DNA of 64,000 nucleotides, from assembly GCF_006345805.1 (NCBI RefSeq), contig NC_043002.1:29574001-29638000 (forward strand), read 5' to 3'. The notes below the pieces were generated by a model. That model saw only the letters and a program-made list of their open reading frames with translations. It was not told where the DNA came from and ran no database searches. The stretch's first letter is position 1. Each line of letters begins with the position of its first letter. This DNA comes from Octopus sinensis. Lineage: Eukaryota. The position numbers and the translations under genes are program-made. Shown piece by piece: positions 1-12,045 of this stretch.

Positions 1-440
1 ATCATATCGCTGTCTCTTGACGCATATCCTGTGTTCAGTGCTATAAAATAAGGCATAGCTGACTGGTTTAGATGTTCACTTCGAATCATTAGATCTGGAG
101 TTCAATCGCACTGATAAGCACATTGAGAAAGCATCTTCTATGCTATCCTTGGGCCAACACAATATTTTGATATAAATTTCGGCACAATAAGTATGTTGTA
201 ATATTCCTATAGAATTTTCAGTGCTTGGACAGCTGTATTCCCAGAACATCACCTTGAGCGAATTAACGAGAATAAACCGCAAGCATTACTGTTTTTTTTT
301 TTGGACATTTACTTTTTCTGTTGATCTTTTATTCCTTTCTTCTTTTGCCATATTTCTTGATAACATGATGTGAGCAAACCATCATAAACTCATATACTCT
401 CGCACATGCATATACACTCGCAAGCACAAACAATATATAT

Positions 441-468
441 ACAGATATATATATATATATATATATAT

Positions 469-530
<62 letters not shown>

Positions 531-609
531 ATATGCGTATATATATATATATTTATGCATGTATGTATGCTTATATATATATATGTGTGTGTATATATAT
601 ATATATATA
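441..609. repeat. Compound (TA)n/(TG)n microsatellite
   Basis: Direct reading of the sequence. Confidence 0.95.
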
Positions 610-679
610 GCTACGCTGGTGAAGTATAGGCATAGTTATGTTGGAAAATTATAGGACCGTAGCCTAACTTAATAATAGA

Positions 680-1636
680 TTATACACAAGTTGTTTCAAA
701 CATTTCCTCGAAGATCGTTGCATATCTAATGGTATATGTAGTTACGACGAGCAGGCAGGTAGAAAAAGGGAATAAAGCTGTACTGTCTGAATTAGGAAAA
801 CATCGTAGAAATACTGCGTTTGTGTGGGTTGAACACAGAAAAGTTCTTAACTTCACTCCCCAATTACGGTCACTGAAGTCAGTACAGGCGGTAAAAGCAA
901 CTGCCACCTTTGTTGCTGCTATGAAAAGGTTCATGTAGATGTATTCAGCAGTTCTCTTATATGTAAGGGAATATAGAACTATTTTGTCTGATGTTATTTC
1001 AAACGACATTTTAATTGTGTGTTTGCTTACTTTGGATTTTAAGTACAATATAATTCGTTTTCGGAAATCCATCAATCCATATGTCCTAGGGTATGCAGTA
1101 GCAAGCGACACAAATGTAAACCTCAATAACTTTGTGGACAGTTTGATGATCAATACTCTAATTATTAAGAATATTTGAAAAACAGCTGAATTTAATCAGA
1201 GAAATTTCCACTAAGAGTGGGAAATATTTTGGCCAAAAAATTTTCGCATCAAGCTATTTAACATTGAAACAACTGTTTCCCAATCCAAAAGTTTAGCCTC
1301 AAGGCTCATTCTATTTCCCTGTTTCACAAAAGAAGTGATATAAATACATACCAAGTTATTGTTGGAAATAGATCATGCATAAGTAATGCGAACAATTATA
1401 GAGTGACCAATGAATATTACTCCAGACTTTTTAAAGATATGAAGATCAGCGATCAGCATATTCCTCTTACAACAAAGTTTTATACCACAATCATTTGCAT
1501 TTGAATTGCCCCGTCTGAAATCAACATTTAGGTTACTCGATTACTCTATAACGGAATCCACTCTACCGTTTTTAAATTTTGAAACATCCCGAAATGTGCT
1601 GCAAATTTCCACAGAAGAAAAGTGGAATGAAAGGAC
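680..1636 (-). pseudogene. Candidate decayed coding region of unknown family
   Basis: One minus-strand frame has only 4 internal stops (1541, 1373, 1211, 1196) over about 319 codons of AT-rich non-repetitive DNA; it is open from 1195 to 680. No family can be assigned with confidence. Confidence 0.3.
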
Positions 1637-3274
1637 TTAATGTCAGTTCAGACAGATTCCGAATGTTTTATAGTATCACTCAAACAGCGTCTGCTCAACA
1701 ATTGCAACAAAAAAAAATACATAAAGTGCTCAAAAATGAAGAAAACTACATACTGCGGAGACAAGCACTCACTTTCTGATGACCTAAAACTAGAATTGCT
1801 GGACTCACATATGTCAGCAAACATCTCAACGAGAAATACTCTGAATGCCACACACACAAAAAGAAAAACAAATCATGTTATGCATGCTTCCAGAAAAGTT
1901 CGTATGTTTTCTGTAAAATTCAAAAAAGATGGCAATATTAATATATATATATACATATTATCACAAGAAACATTAGTGGTACATGCACAAACAAAAGTTC
2001 TACCAAGTGTGAAGGTAAGAGACTTGACATAGATTGTTGGAAATAAAGAGTCACGTACTATCATACAGTACTTCTATTCTTTTTCTATTAGGTATGAACA
2101 GATCTTCTAAAGTTAGCACAAAGGAGAATATTTATGTACAACTGCTTCGAAAGCTGTAGTTCCTCAACTCTTATTATATATTCAGATTTATCCACTTCAC
2201 TTGTTAATGTTAGTACATATCTAATCCACAATTTGAAAAACAACGATTATTAAGCAAAGTAAAGAGACCGGCTAACAAGAATTTTACCCACACAGTCTGT
2301 AAGTAGAACAGTAAAACTATGCCAAGTGATTTTCGGTTCGACATGTAGCAACTATTGTCGTTATCCAAACTCATGTGATGGAGCTTTTGTTTCTGACTTA
2401 CAAAACAAGATGTCTCATTCTAGAAAGAATACAAATAAATAAACAATGTGAACGCATACATATACACATAAACACTAACGCATACATACACACACAAACA
2501 CACAGATATGTATACAATCTCGCGCACACACACTCATATACATACACACACATATACGTACATATGTATATATACATATATATATAAATTCTCACACGCA
2601 TATATATATATAACATATATATACACATACACATATATATACATACATATATATATGTATATATATACATAGGTATATGTATATGTATACACAGACACAC
2701 ATACACACATATGTATATATATATAAAACAACTCCTATGGTTTTAGCGAAATTTAATATGAACTTTCTGATTTATATATAAGTATATAATAGGCTCAATG
2801 TGGTGTTCATGCGTGTAAATACATATATCTACATAAATCTGCGTGTTATACTGGCGTATTTTCACAATTGTAGGTTAGTTAAGTATGCCAAAGTTTCTTG
2901 GCGGCTTAAAGAGAGGGTGGAAGGGGATAAGGACAGGAATTGCTGAAAAGATGAAGGCAAGATCAATAGAAGAACCTGAGGGATATTGAACTTATATTTC
3001 CACATAAGATTTTTTACCCTGTAGGAGCTTATCTGTGCAGATAAAAAAATGTTTTTATTTAGTTAGTATTTCATCAACATAAAAAGAAATGAGCTGGCGG
3101 GGTGACAAAAACGGCGTATTCTTTTGTTAAAAAGAATGTATATATACTAACATATTGGTAGTGTGTTCATTATATTTATACGTATATTCATTCATACTCA
3201 CACAGATATAAAAATATATGCACAAATTGAAACATACATACATATGTAATACGTATAGGTAGAAGTAAATATGT

Positions 3275-3333
<59 letters not shown>

Positions 3334-3370
3334 GATAGATATGTGTATATACAATTATATATATACATAC

Positions 3371-3413
<43 letters not shown>

Positions 3414-3450
3414 GATAGATATGTGTATATACAATTATATATATACATAC

Positions 3451-3497
<47 letters not shown>

Positions 3498-4093
3498 CAC
3501 AAACACATGCGTACATACAGACTTTTGAACAAAAACCTTATATACACGCACGGCCACACACACACCACACACACAGATGTAAATATATATAAGAAAACGT
3601 CTCAATTGATACAATAAAGAGATAAAATTAAGAATTTTAATTGCTGTATCGATAAGCGGTTCATTACAACAGCGAAAGATGTAATAAGGAAATCAAGGCA
3701 AGTAGCAATATTTTGAAATCGATTAATATGTACGTGTCAGGTTTTCATAATAAATAATAGAGAATGCATTTATTCACTGTTTGTGTTGATTATATTATTA
3801 CAATTATACGACTCCATGCCAATACAAAGTAGCCGGTCTAGACGACTCTTATTCGAATACTCTAACAAGGATTTGTGGTTGAGTATTATATTTGGCTCGA
3901 GTCAAAATCTCGTGAACTGTGCCCACTTCTTAGCGTAACAAAAAATAATCACGCACGTACACACACACACACTCACACACACACACACACACACAATCCT
4001 AGTTGACATTTATAGAAACGAAAAAGCCAAAGGTAGTTTTATGTATAACAAGCAAATGTATTAGTATGACGCTCGGGAAAAACGAAAAAGTCT

Positions 4094-4311
4094 TACACGA
4101 GGGGTTGGTGAAGAGCTTCTGGTTTTAAGGGAATCGCGAAAGGCCTGGTTGAAAGGCAAACCTTCCGAGTTATTTTTTCACAGGCAACGAAAACTGAAGG
4201 ACTGCTGTAATAAGTCTGAGAGCATAATATGTTGAATAAAATCATAATCAACTGATCGTCCTGTATTTTCTTTTACCCGAAACCGGGAACTTTTCGGCCC
4301 TACCTCATGTA
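4094..4311 (+). mobile_element. Mariner-derived MITE, diverged copy
   Basis: TA-flanked degenerate TIRs (TACACGAGGGGTTGGTGAAGAGCTTCTGG ... CCGGGAACTTTTCGGCCCTACCTCATGTA); interior homologous to 50313-50532. Confidence 0.7.
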
Positions 4312-4702
4312 TATATACCTATATATATTCACACATACATACATACATACATACATACGTACATACAGACAGACAGACATACGTACATACATACATACGT
4401 GCATACATACATACGTACATACATACGTACGTACATACGTACATACATACATACGTACGTACATACATACATACGTACGTACGTACATACATACATACGT
4501 ACGTACATACATACATACGTACATACATACGTACATGCATACGTACATACATACGTACATACATACGTACGTACGTACACAAACATACGTACGTACACAT
4601 ACATACATACATAGATACATAGATACATACATACATACATACATACATACATACATACATACATACATACACATATATACATATATATATATATATATAT
4701 AT
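4310..4702. repeat. (TACA)n/(TACG)n tetranucleotide array ending in (TA)n
   Basis: Direct reading of the sequence. Confidence 0.95.
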
Positions 4703-4711
4703 GAAAAGAGA

Positions 4712-4749
4712 ACCAATGCTTTCCTAGCAATTACCGGGTACGTCGGCTA

Positions 4750-4787
<38 letters not shown>

Positions 4788-4825
4788 TAGCTGACGTACC
4801 CGGTAATTGCTAGGAAAGCATTGGT
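4712..4825. repeat. 114-bp palindrome: 39-bp arms (1 mismatch) around (TA)18
   Basis: 4712-4750 is the reverse complement of 4787-4825 except at 4745. Confidence 0.95.
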
Positions 4826-5661
4826 CCATAACTTTCGTTAATTCAATAACAATAATACAAAGTATGTAGTTCTGAAAACGATTTTTGTGCATTTACACAG
4901 AATACTAAAATGTTTTACACAGGACCTTGTTTTTAGGAATTCCCAATAAGTTATGAATGCACAAATTGTGAAGTCAGTTATGTAATAACATGTAATTAGT
5001 TACCCGATAGTACGAATTCAAATAAAGTAGCCCAGGAAAGTGCTTTATTGCGTTCCCAGAGTATGTAGAACTTCGAAGGAAATACTAATAAGCTATGTAT
5101 GCTAAAATCGTGAAGCATGTTACGTAATAACAGACTAATCAGATATGAGACAATAACAATTCAAAGTAAATAGCTCTGAAAAGAGCTTTTGTGCGTTCCC
5201 AGAGAATATTACCATCAGCGGCGCTAGTGTTGGTATATTCGTGAATAAGTCACTAACCGAAATAAATAGATTTATTGTTTGGGAAAATACTTTTTACTTG
5301 TTTAATAGTTGTATTGGATAAATCTAACAGTTTAAATACTAAGAAATACGAATATTCAATTTGATTTATACCAAATGATTTAGGAAAATGAATGGGTTAT
5401 CTCCCTTGGTTGCTAAAATCTGTATGAATGGGCTATTTCCCTTGGCTGTTAAAATGAAATATATAAGATATATATTAGGATCCCTTCCAGGGACCCTATT
5501 ATCGATCTTTCAACAATCCGTGTATGAAATGACGTTTCCACACATGAGTTCTACTCACGTATCAAGTTTCATCAAAATCAATAAAACAATGTAAAAGTTA
5601 GCTCACAACTCCACAGACACACCCCAAAACAGAATTTCCCACATCTGTAGTAGAAATACGA
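4787..5661 (-). mobile_element. Non-autonomous Helitron-like element
   Basis: On the minus strand it ends in a degenerate hairpin plus CTAG followed by T, inside (TA)n. Putative A|TC 5' end at 5661 (alternative 5690). Degenerate internal repeats near 4867, 5028 and 5170, and a 36-bp tandem duplication at 5388-5455. Confidence 0.6.
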
Positions 5662-5918
5662 TAAACTGAATGTAGTTCTTATATTCACGATAGGGGAGCA
5701 TTTTTTCCGAGTATACTAATAAGATCAAAGGAGTTAATGAATGGTGTAGATAACAACCGGGCTACATATGTTTCATAACGAGCTGACGTCGGAAGTTGTA
5801 AATATCCAAGTGAGGTGTGTACCGCAAGGATACTCGTCATGCCAAGGGTATCATCATTTAATGAAAGTTTACATTGTTGCAAGCTAGGTACATGTTAACA
5901 CATGGAAGATAAGATATA

Positions 5919-5969
5919 TATACTTGTACCTCGCAGGTGGAATTTCTAGATATAATTCCATGGCCCAAG

Positions 5970-6061
<92 letters not shown>

Positions 6062-6123
6062 TGAGAGAGCCCCTTGGGTCATGGAATTACATTTAGAAAT
6101 TCATCCGTCGAGGTACAAGTATA
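5919..6123. repeat. Foldback/MITE-like inverted repeat with a self-complementary (CT)n(TA)n(AG)n core
   Basis: About 61-bp arms (TATACTTGTACCTCG ... CGAGGTACAAGTATA) with 7 mismatches; TA at both ends. Confidence 0.85.
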
Positions 6124-6681
6124 GGGGTAGTTTTTTTACGGAAAACCAGCAATCACCCATGCATACAAGGCCGATACATTTTTGCACCAGTGAAGTGGAG
6201 CAACGTGAGTGAAGTGGACAGCGTGAAATAAAATGTCTTGCTTAAGAACACAACATACTGCCTCATGAGTGTTAGCCCGACACTAGCCACTGAGCAGTGT
6301 ATATATGGATGGATGTATGCATATATTATATATTTGCGCCAGATAACATTTCATGTGTTGTGACGGTAGATTTAAACCACATGTCAGCATATCTTTATTT
6401 AAAATGGTGATAAGTAATATGAACATATGTCGGCAGGTCTAAATATGCGAAGAATTTCTATTGAGAATTTAGTTCGAGTAACATAATGCACAAATTATCT
6501 TTGAAACAGAGGCCAAATCCAGAAATATCGTTACTAATTTTACGTTATGTAATACTGTCCAATATTCACGTATAATATGTTTATAATTACTTCAACTAAA
6601 TGTTTACTAATACATTTCGAATATTCTCTACATCAATTAACTTAGGGGAGATCCGCTATCTATATATATTATATATATATA

Positions 6682-6714
<33 letters not shown>

Positions 6715-7311
6715 TGAGAGAGCCCCTTGGGTCATGGAATTACATTTAGAAATTCATCCGTCGAGGTACAAGTATAGGGGTAGTTTTTTTACGGAAAACC
6801 AGCAATCACCCATGCATACAAGGCCGATACATTTTTGCACCAGTGAAGTGGAGCAACGTGAGTGAAGTGGACAGCGTGAAATAAAATGTCTTGCTTAAGA
6901 ACACAACATACTGCCTCATGAGTGTTAGCCCGACACTAGCCACTGAGCAGTGTATATATGGATGGATGTATGCATATATTATATATTTGCGCCAGATAAC
7001 ATTTCATGTGTTGTGACGGTAGATTTAAACCACATGTCAGCATATCTTTATTAAAATGGTGATAAGTAATATGAACATATGTCGGCAGGTCTAAATATGC
7101 GAAGAATTTCTATTGAGAATTTAGTTCGAGTAACATAATGCACAAATTATCTTTGAAACAGAGGCCAAATCCAGAAATATCGTTACTAATTTTACGTTAT
7201 GTAATACTGTCCAATATTCACGTATAATATGTTTATAATTTACTTCAACTAAATGTTTACTAATACATTTCGAATATTCTCTACATCAATTAACTTTGGG
7301 GAGATCCGCTA

Positions 7312-7313
<2 letters not shown>
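6061..7313 (+). repeat. Tandem duplication with a 653-bp period
   Basis: 6061-6660 matches 6714-7313 with 2 one-base indels and 1 substitution; junctions lie in (TA)n(AG)n. Confidence 0.95.
6150..6300 (-). mobile_element. Family C SINE fragment (also duplicated at 6803-6953)
   Basis: GTGGACAGCGTGAAATAAAATGTCTTGCTTAAGAACACAAC is homologous to the core of 51463-51706. Confidence 0.65.
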
Positions 7314-7348
<35 letters not shown>

Positions 7349-7557
7349 GTTCCATAAGTTCATGTTTATGAGTGTATAATAGACATACTGGGTTTGTAGT
7401 TGAATTGCGAAGTATTTCCTCAAGCTGTCATGTATTCAAAGTGCCATTCATTTATTCGCAATCAAAGATGGCAATACTAAACCAAAGTTATAAGAAATGG
7501 TTAGTTATGAGTTCAGAGTCTTAAATATCACATCACATTTAATGCTATATATATATA

Positions 7558-8705
7558 TCTTTATATATATAAAACTGAGAATGTGTGTCTGTCTGTGTGT
7601 TTCCCTAAAACTTGAGAACTACACAACCAATTTTATTCAAATTTTACACATGCCTTACTTAGGGTCCGGGAAGTGTCATCGGTAAAACAAATTTTGAACT
7701 TTTTGCCTAGGGCGAGCCCACAGCAATATCATATCTTCTCCACTACCAATCCCTAAAACTTGAGAACTACACAACCAATTTCATTCAAATTTTACACATG
7801 CCTTACTTAGGGTCCATGTAGTTTCATGGGCAAAAAAATGTTTACTTCTTGCTTAGAGCGAGCCCATAGCAATATCATATCTTCTCCACTATTTCAGTAT
7901 TACGTGTTAAAAGTGAAACAAAAACATTTCTCTATTTTATGTCAGATACTTTCACTTTAACAATAAAAATAATAATAACAATTGAATTATATGTAGTAGG
8001 TAATAATTAAAATCAAACTAAAGTATAATATAATCGTAACATAAAAAAGTAAAAATAGCAATTGGTATAAAATTGCATCAATGACTTGAACAAGTGGTTT
8101 CACATGAATGGGAATAAATTAAAAATAAAATTAGCGTGCAGAAATGGAATAGTCCAGATGGATAATAAAAAATTAAATTAAAGAAAAGACTATTGTCTAT
8201 AAAGTATACAATATAGAGAAAAAAGATGATTTGAACACATGGAGGAAAGCACCTTCGAAAAGTGTCTTGGTGCGACTATGAAAGTTATCTAATCAGAGGC
8301 GGTAAACTCGCCACAATAGAAGCAAGGTTCGAGTCAACGGAGCGTGCAAGGGACTAATTTGTTTTATTTTTACCTTTATATCTGGGACGTAGGACTTCCC
8401 CGAAAAAAATTTAAAATGGTCCCCACCACCAGAATTAGAGGTAGGCTGGATTGTAGCCACACTTCTGTACAAGAGGGTGGACAAGATACAATTGATCGAA
8501 ATTACAAGAGACGAGCTAACAATTCTAGTCTGTTATATATTTTGAGTATTGTTATCACTAGCGATATCAAGATATAACTTTGTATTAGATTATATAACTT
8601 TGTGTAGACGTATATATATAGATGTACATGTAATATGTATCCATATATATACACATATACATGCACTAGCACTATGACCCGGCAACGACGGGTCTTTAAT
8701 GCTCG
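7558..8705 (+). mobile_element. Non-autonomous Helitron
   Basis: A|TC 5' end (TCTTTATATATATAAAACTG); 3' hairpin GACCCG-GCAACGA-CGGGTC at 8676-8694, then CTCG|T (CTAG variant); both flanks (TA)n; internal duplication of about 145 bp (7603-7744 and 7750-7891). Confidence 0.72.
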
Positions 8706-9024
8706 TATATATATATATATATATAAGTGATGTTTAACGCTGGTATAATTCAAATACTTTTAATTCCGACACATGTTTCGAAGATTTCACTGATATTATT
8801 CCAAAGGAATATATGGTGTGAAACAATGTAATCTTCTCTTCAGGGAGGTGAAGAAATGAAACTCGTCAATAAGACATATACAAAAACTTCCACGTAGACC
8901 CGAAGTTTCTATCTTTAAAAAACAAGGAGTTACAACCTTTTTACTTGTGTAATTTTTTGCTACCCTGTAACTATCTATTTTTCCGTGTTAATTGTTAACA
9001 AGGGAAAATACACTCATCTATATG

Positions 9025-9068
<44 letters not shown>

Positions 9069-9075
9069 ACTACAA

Positions 9076-9450
9076 ACACTCCTCTAACGGAGGTCTCAAA
9101 AGACATTTTAAGATCCACAAAGAGCAGAACTTATCCGCAGCTCTTAGTGGTCCAAATCAGATGTGTGGGCGTCTTTTCAAAACATTGTCTGGTTTAAAAA
9201 GCCATATCAGATGCCATGATGGTTCTAAGATGTAGGGACAGGATGCAGTCAAACTCTGCATAAGGAGTAGACAGCCACCATGTATGTATGTATGTATGTA
9301 TGTATGTATGTATGTATGTATGTATGTATGTATGTATGTATGTATGTATGAGTGCATGTATTTATGTATGTACGTGTGTATGTGTGTATGTATATATGTA
9401 TGTATGATGTATGTATGTATGTACGTATGTACGTGTGTATGTATGTATGT
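9076..9450 (+). mobile_element. RTE-like LINE 3' end with C2H2-like C-terminus and (ATGT)n tail
   Basis: Translates GGLKRHFKIH...MCGRLFKTLSGLKSHIRCH...stop, then a short 3' UTR ending CAGCCACC and an (ATGT)n run from 9280. Confidence 0.6.
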
Positions 9451-9728
9451 TCTAAACCCAAAACGTGGTAAGTTAAGTTATAGATATTATATTAATCAAT
9501 ACAGCAGTGAACTTTCGAGTTCTTTGTCGCTTTATATAATCGTTTATCCTCAAGATCTCCAGAGTGAAGGAAGCTTCTTTTCCATGTTCTATATGTCCAT
9601 CGTAGTGATGATTAATTGGAGCAGGCACTAAGCTCCCTTATTTTATTTAAAAAATCATTTCTGCTTCCAGTGAGGATGGACCAATAATTCGCACCACTAC
9701 ATGGCATACATCCACCGCTAATTTGCCT

Positions 9729-10324
9729 GATAAATTCTAGATTGAATTTTTTTCTGATCTTCCACAGAGGGTAGACGAATTGTTTTCCAACTTCTAGCTT
9801 CATGTGTTCTTTTCTTATCTTTTTATTTATCTATTTATTATTATCACTGGGTTTTTTTTCTATAAATTTTAGTTTCACGAATTTTTCCACAAGCCCTCTT
9901 TAACCTCATGCTATGTCTATTCTGGAAATGTATTCGTTCTTAAGATTATCCCCAGGAATTATATAGTCATTGTACATTAGTACCAAAAACGGACTAAATA
10001 TCAAAAACCTACGTGCTTCATTGAGAGACAATGTAGCACGTAGGTTTTTGATATTTAGTCCGTTTTTGGTACTAATGTACAATGACTATATAATTCCTGG
10101 GGATAATCTTAAGAACGAATACATTTCCAGAATAGACATAGCATGAGGTTAAAGAGGGCTTGTGGAAAAATTCGTGAAACTAAAATTTATAGAAAAAAAA
10201 ACCCAGTGATAATAATAAATAGATAAATAAAAAGATAAGAAAAGAACACATGAAGCTAGAAGTTGGAAAACAATTCGTCTACCCTCTGTGGAAGATTAGA
10301 AAAAAATTCAATCTAGAATTTATC
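9729..10324. repeat. Near-perfect 596-bp palindrome
   Basis: Arms 9729-10017 and 10035-10324 differ by 1 substitution and a T8/A9 indel; an inner 5-bp stem CATTG/CAATG leaves a 5-nt AGAGA loop. Confidence 0.97.
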
Positions 10325-10814
10325 GTGAATATTATTTAATACATCGGAATTCATGTTTATTCTACACGTAAACGCAACCAGCGTCCTTGAGTTATTGCCC
10401 CATCTTACTTCCGTTTTATTTCTCCCTCTCTCACACACACACATTCACAAACATACTCGCACTAACACACACACACGCAATCACACATACATATACATAC
10501 CTATCATAGTTTAGCCATATTTATTAATAATGTTGCTTGTTATAATATGTTTTCTTTGGGGATTTATCTACTTCATATTATCTTCTTTGCTTACAATACG
10601 CAAACGCTACATATAACTTCCTGTATTAAATTTGGAGAGGGCGAAATTCCTTCCATTACAACATGAGACACGAAGCTGGTCCCAAAGCAGGAACACCCAA
10701 TCAGGGCTAGAGCAGGGGTGCTAGCATATATTAAATATAATACATACCAATACATACATGCACACTCCCGCAAGCATATACTTAACTTATCGGTTCAGAT
10801 GTATGTAAGTATAT

Positions 10815-10815
10815 A

Positions 10816-10878
<63 letters not shown>

Positions 10879-10909
10879 TATATATATGTATATGTATGTA
10901 TGTATGTAA

Positions 10910-10946
<37 letters not shown>

Positions 10947-11222
10947 ATATATATATCTCATATATTTATCAGTTTAAATGTATGTAAGTATGAATGTATG
11001 TATATGCATATATATATATATATATATACGTATGCACACACGTATATATACATATATGTATGTATATATATATATATCATATTATATATGTATATATATA
11101 CATGTATCTCATATATATATACATGCATGCATATAACACGCCAGGAAACAAACCACATACATATGGTGTACATATATATTCGTATATAACTTATATGTAT
11201 GTATACATACACACTCACACGC

Positions 11223-11259
<37 letters not shown>

Positions 11260-11275
11260 ATATATGTGTATATAG
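10815..11275. repeat. Degenerate (TA)n/(TATG)n microsatellite field
   Basis: Direct reading of the sequence. Confidence 0.9.
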
Positions 11276-11808
11276 GAAATTCTATATATTAATATGCATA
11301 CCACATATACATATTTAGGATAAACATAATTTAATACATATGTCTTTATACATACTAAACATGGAGATTGGGTGAAGGAGAGAGTAGGAGAAAGCGAATA
11401 AGAAATATATCAAATGCATAACTTTTGCTTGAGGCGAAGAGCATAAGAGAGGAGAAGATATTTGGCGAAGAGTGGGACCAGTGTATTTGACATTTATGAA
11501 GAAGATAGCTTTTTCTAAAACTAAGTAGTGAGCATCTCTCGGTGGCCAGAAGGGATAATCTGATGCCACCACGGGTGGAGTCATTATTAATGTTTTTGAC
11601 TTTTGTTGTGTCCCATTATGACACTGCTCCCAATCCGATATCCCCTCGCACCATTATTGCCTTCAGGCTTCTTGCAGCAAATACTATTTAGGTTCTCTTA
11701 TCAATAAATATATTTCTTTTTTATGTTATTTATGCATATAATTTGCCCCTGTGGCTAACGAAAATTCTTGTTGTTGTTATTATTGTTGTTGTTTTTGTTG
11801 TTGTTATT

Positions 11809-12045
11809 AAACTGGAAGAATCGTTAGCACGCCGGGTAAAATGCTTAGCAGCAGTTCTTCTGTCCTTACATTCTGAGTTCAAATTCTACCGATGTCCGCT
11901 TTGCGTTTATACTTTCACGGTCGATGAAATACGTACAACTTGGGTAATGGAATCGATGTGATCGATTTTTCTCCTCCCCACAAATCCAGGTTTTGTGCCT
12001 ACCTAGAGTAGAAAGGATTATTATTATTATTATTATTATTATTAT
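11809..12045 (+). mobile_element. Family A SINE with (ATT)n tail
   Basis: CTGGAAGAATCGTTAGCACGCC head, B-box-like GAGTTCAAATTC, 3' end GTAGAAAGG(ATT)n; homologous to 36334-36545. Confidence 0.8.

Noticed and set aside
1255-1345. LKQLFPNPKV*PQGSFYF (and EVFPQAV at about 7410) resembling the MULE FP...GCxFH motif
   Set aside because: Too short, key Cys and His absent, no DDE context.
9480-9803. Coding-looking peptides next to the palindrome (GGCMPCSGANYW; HYDGHIEHGKE)
   Set aside because: Short, in different frames, with no recognisable family or consistent splice pair.
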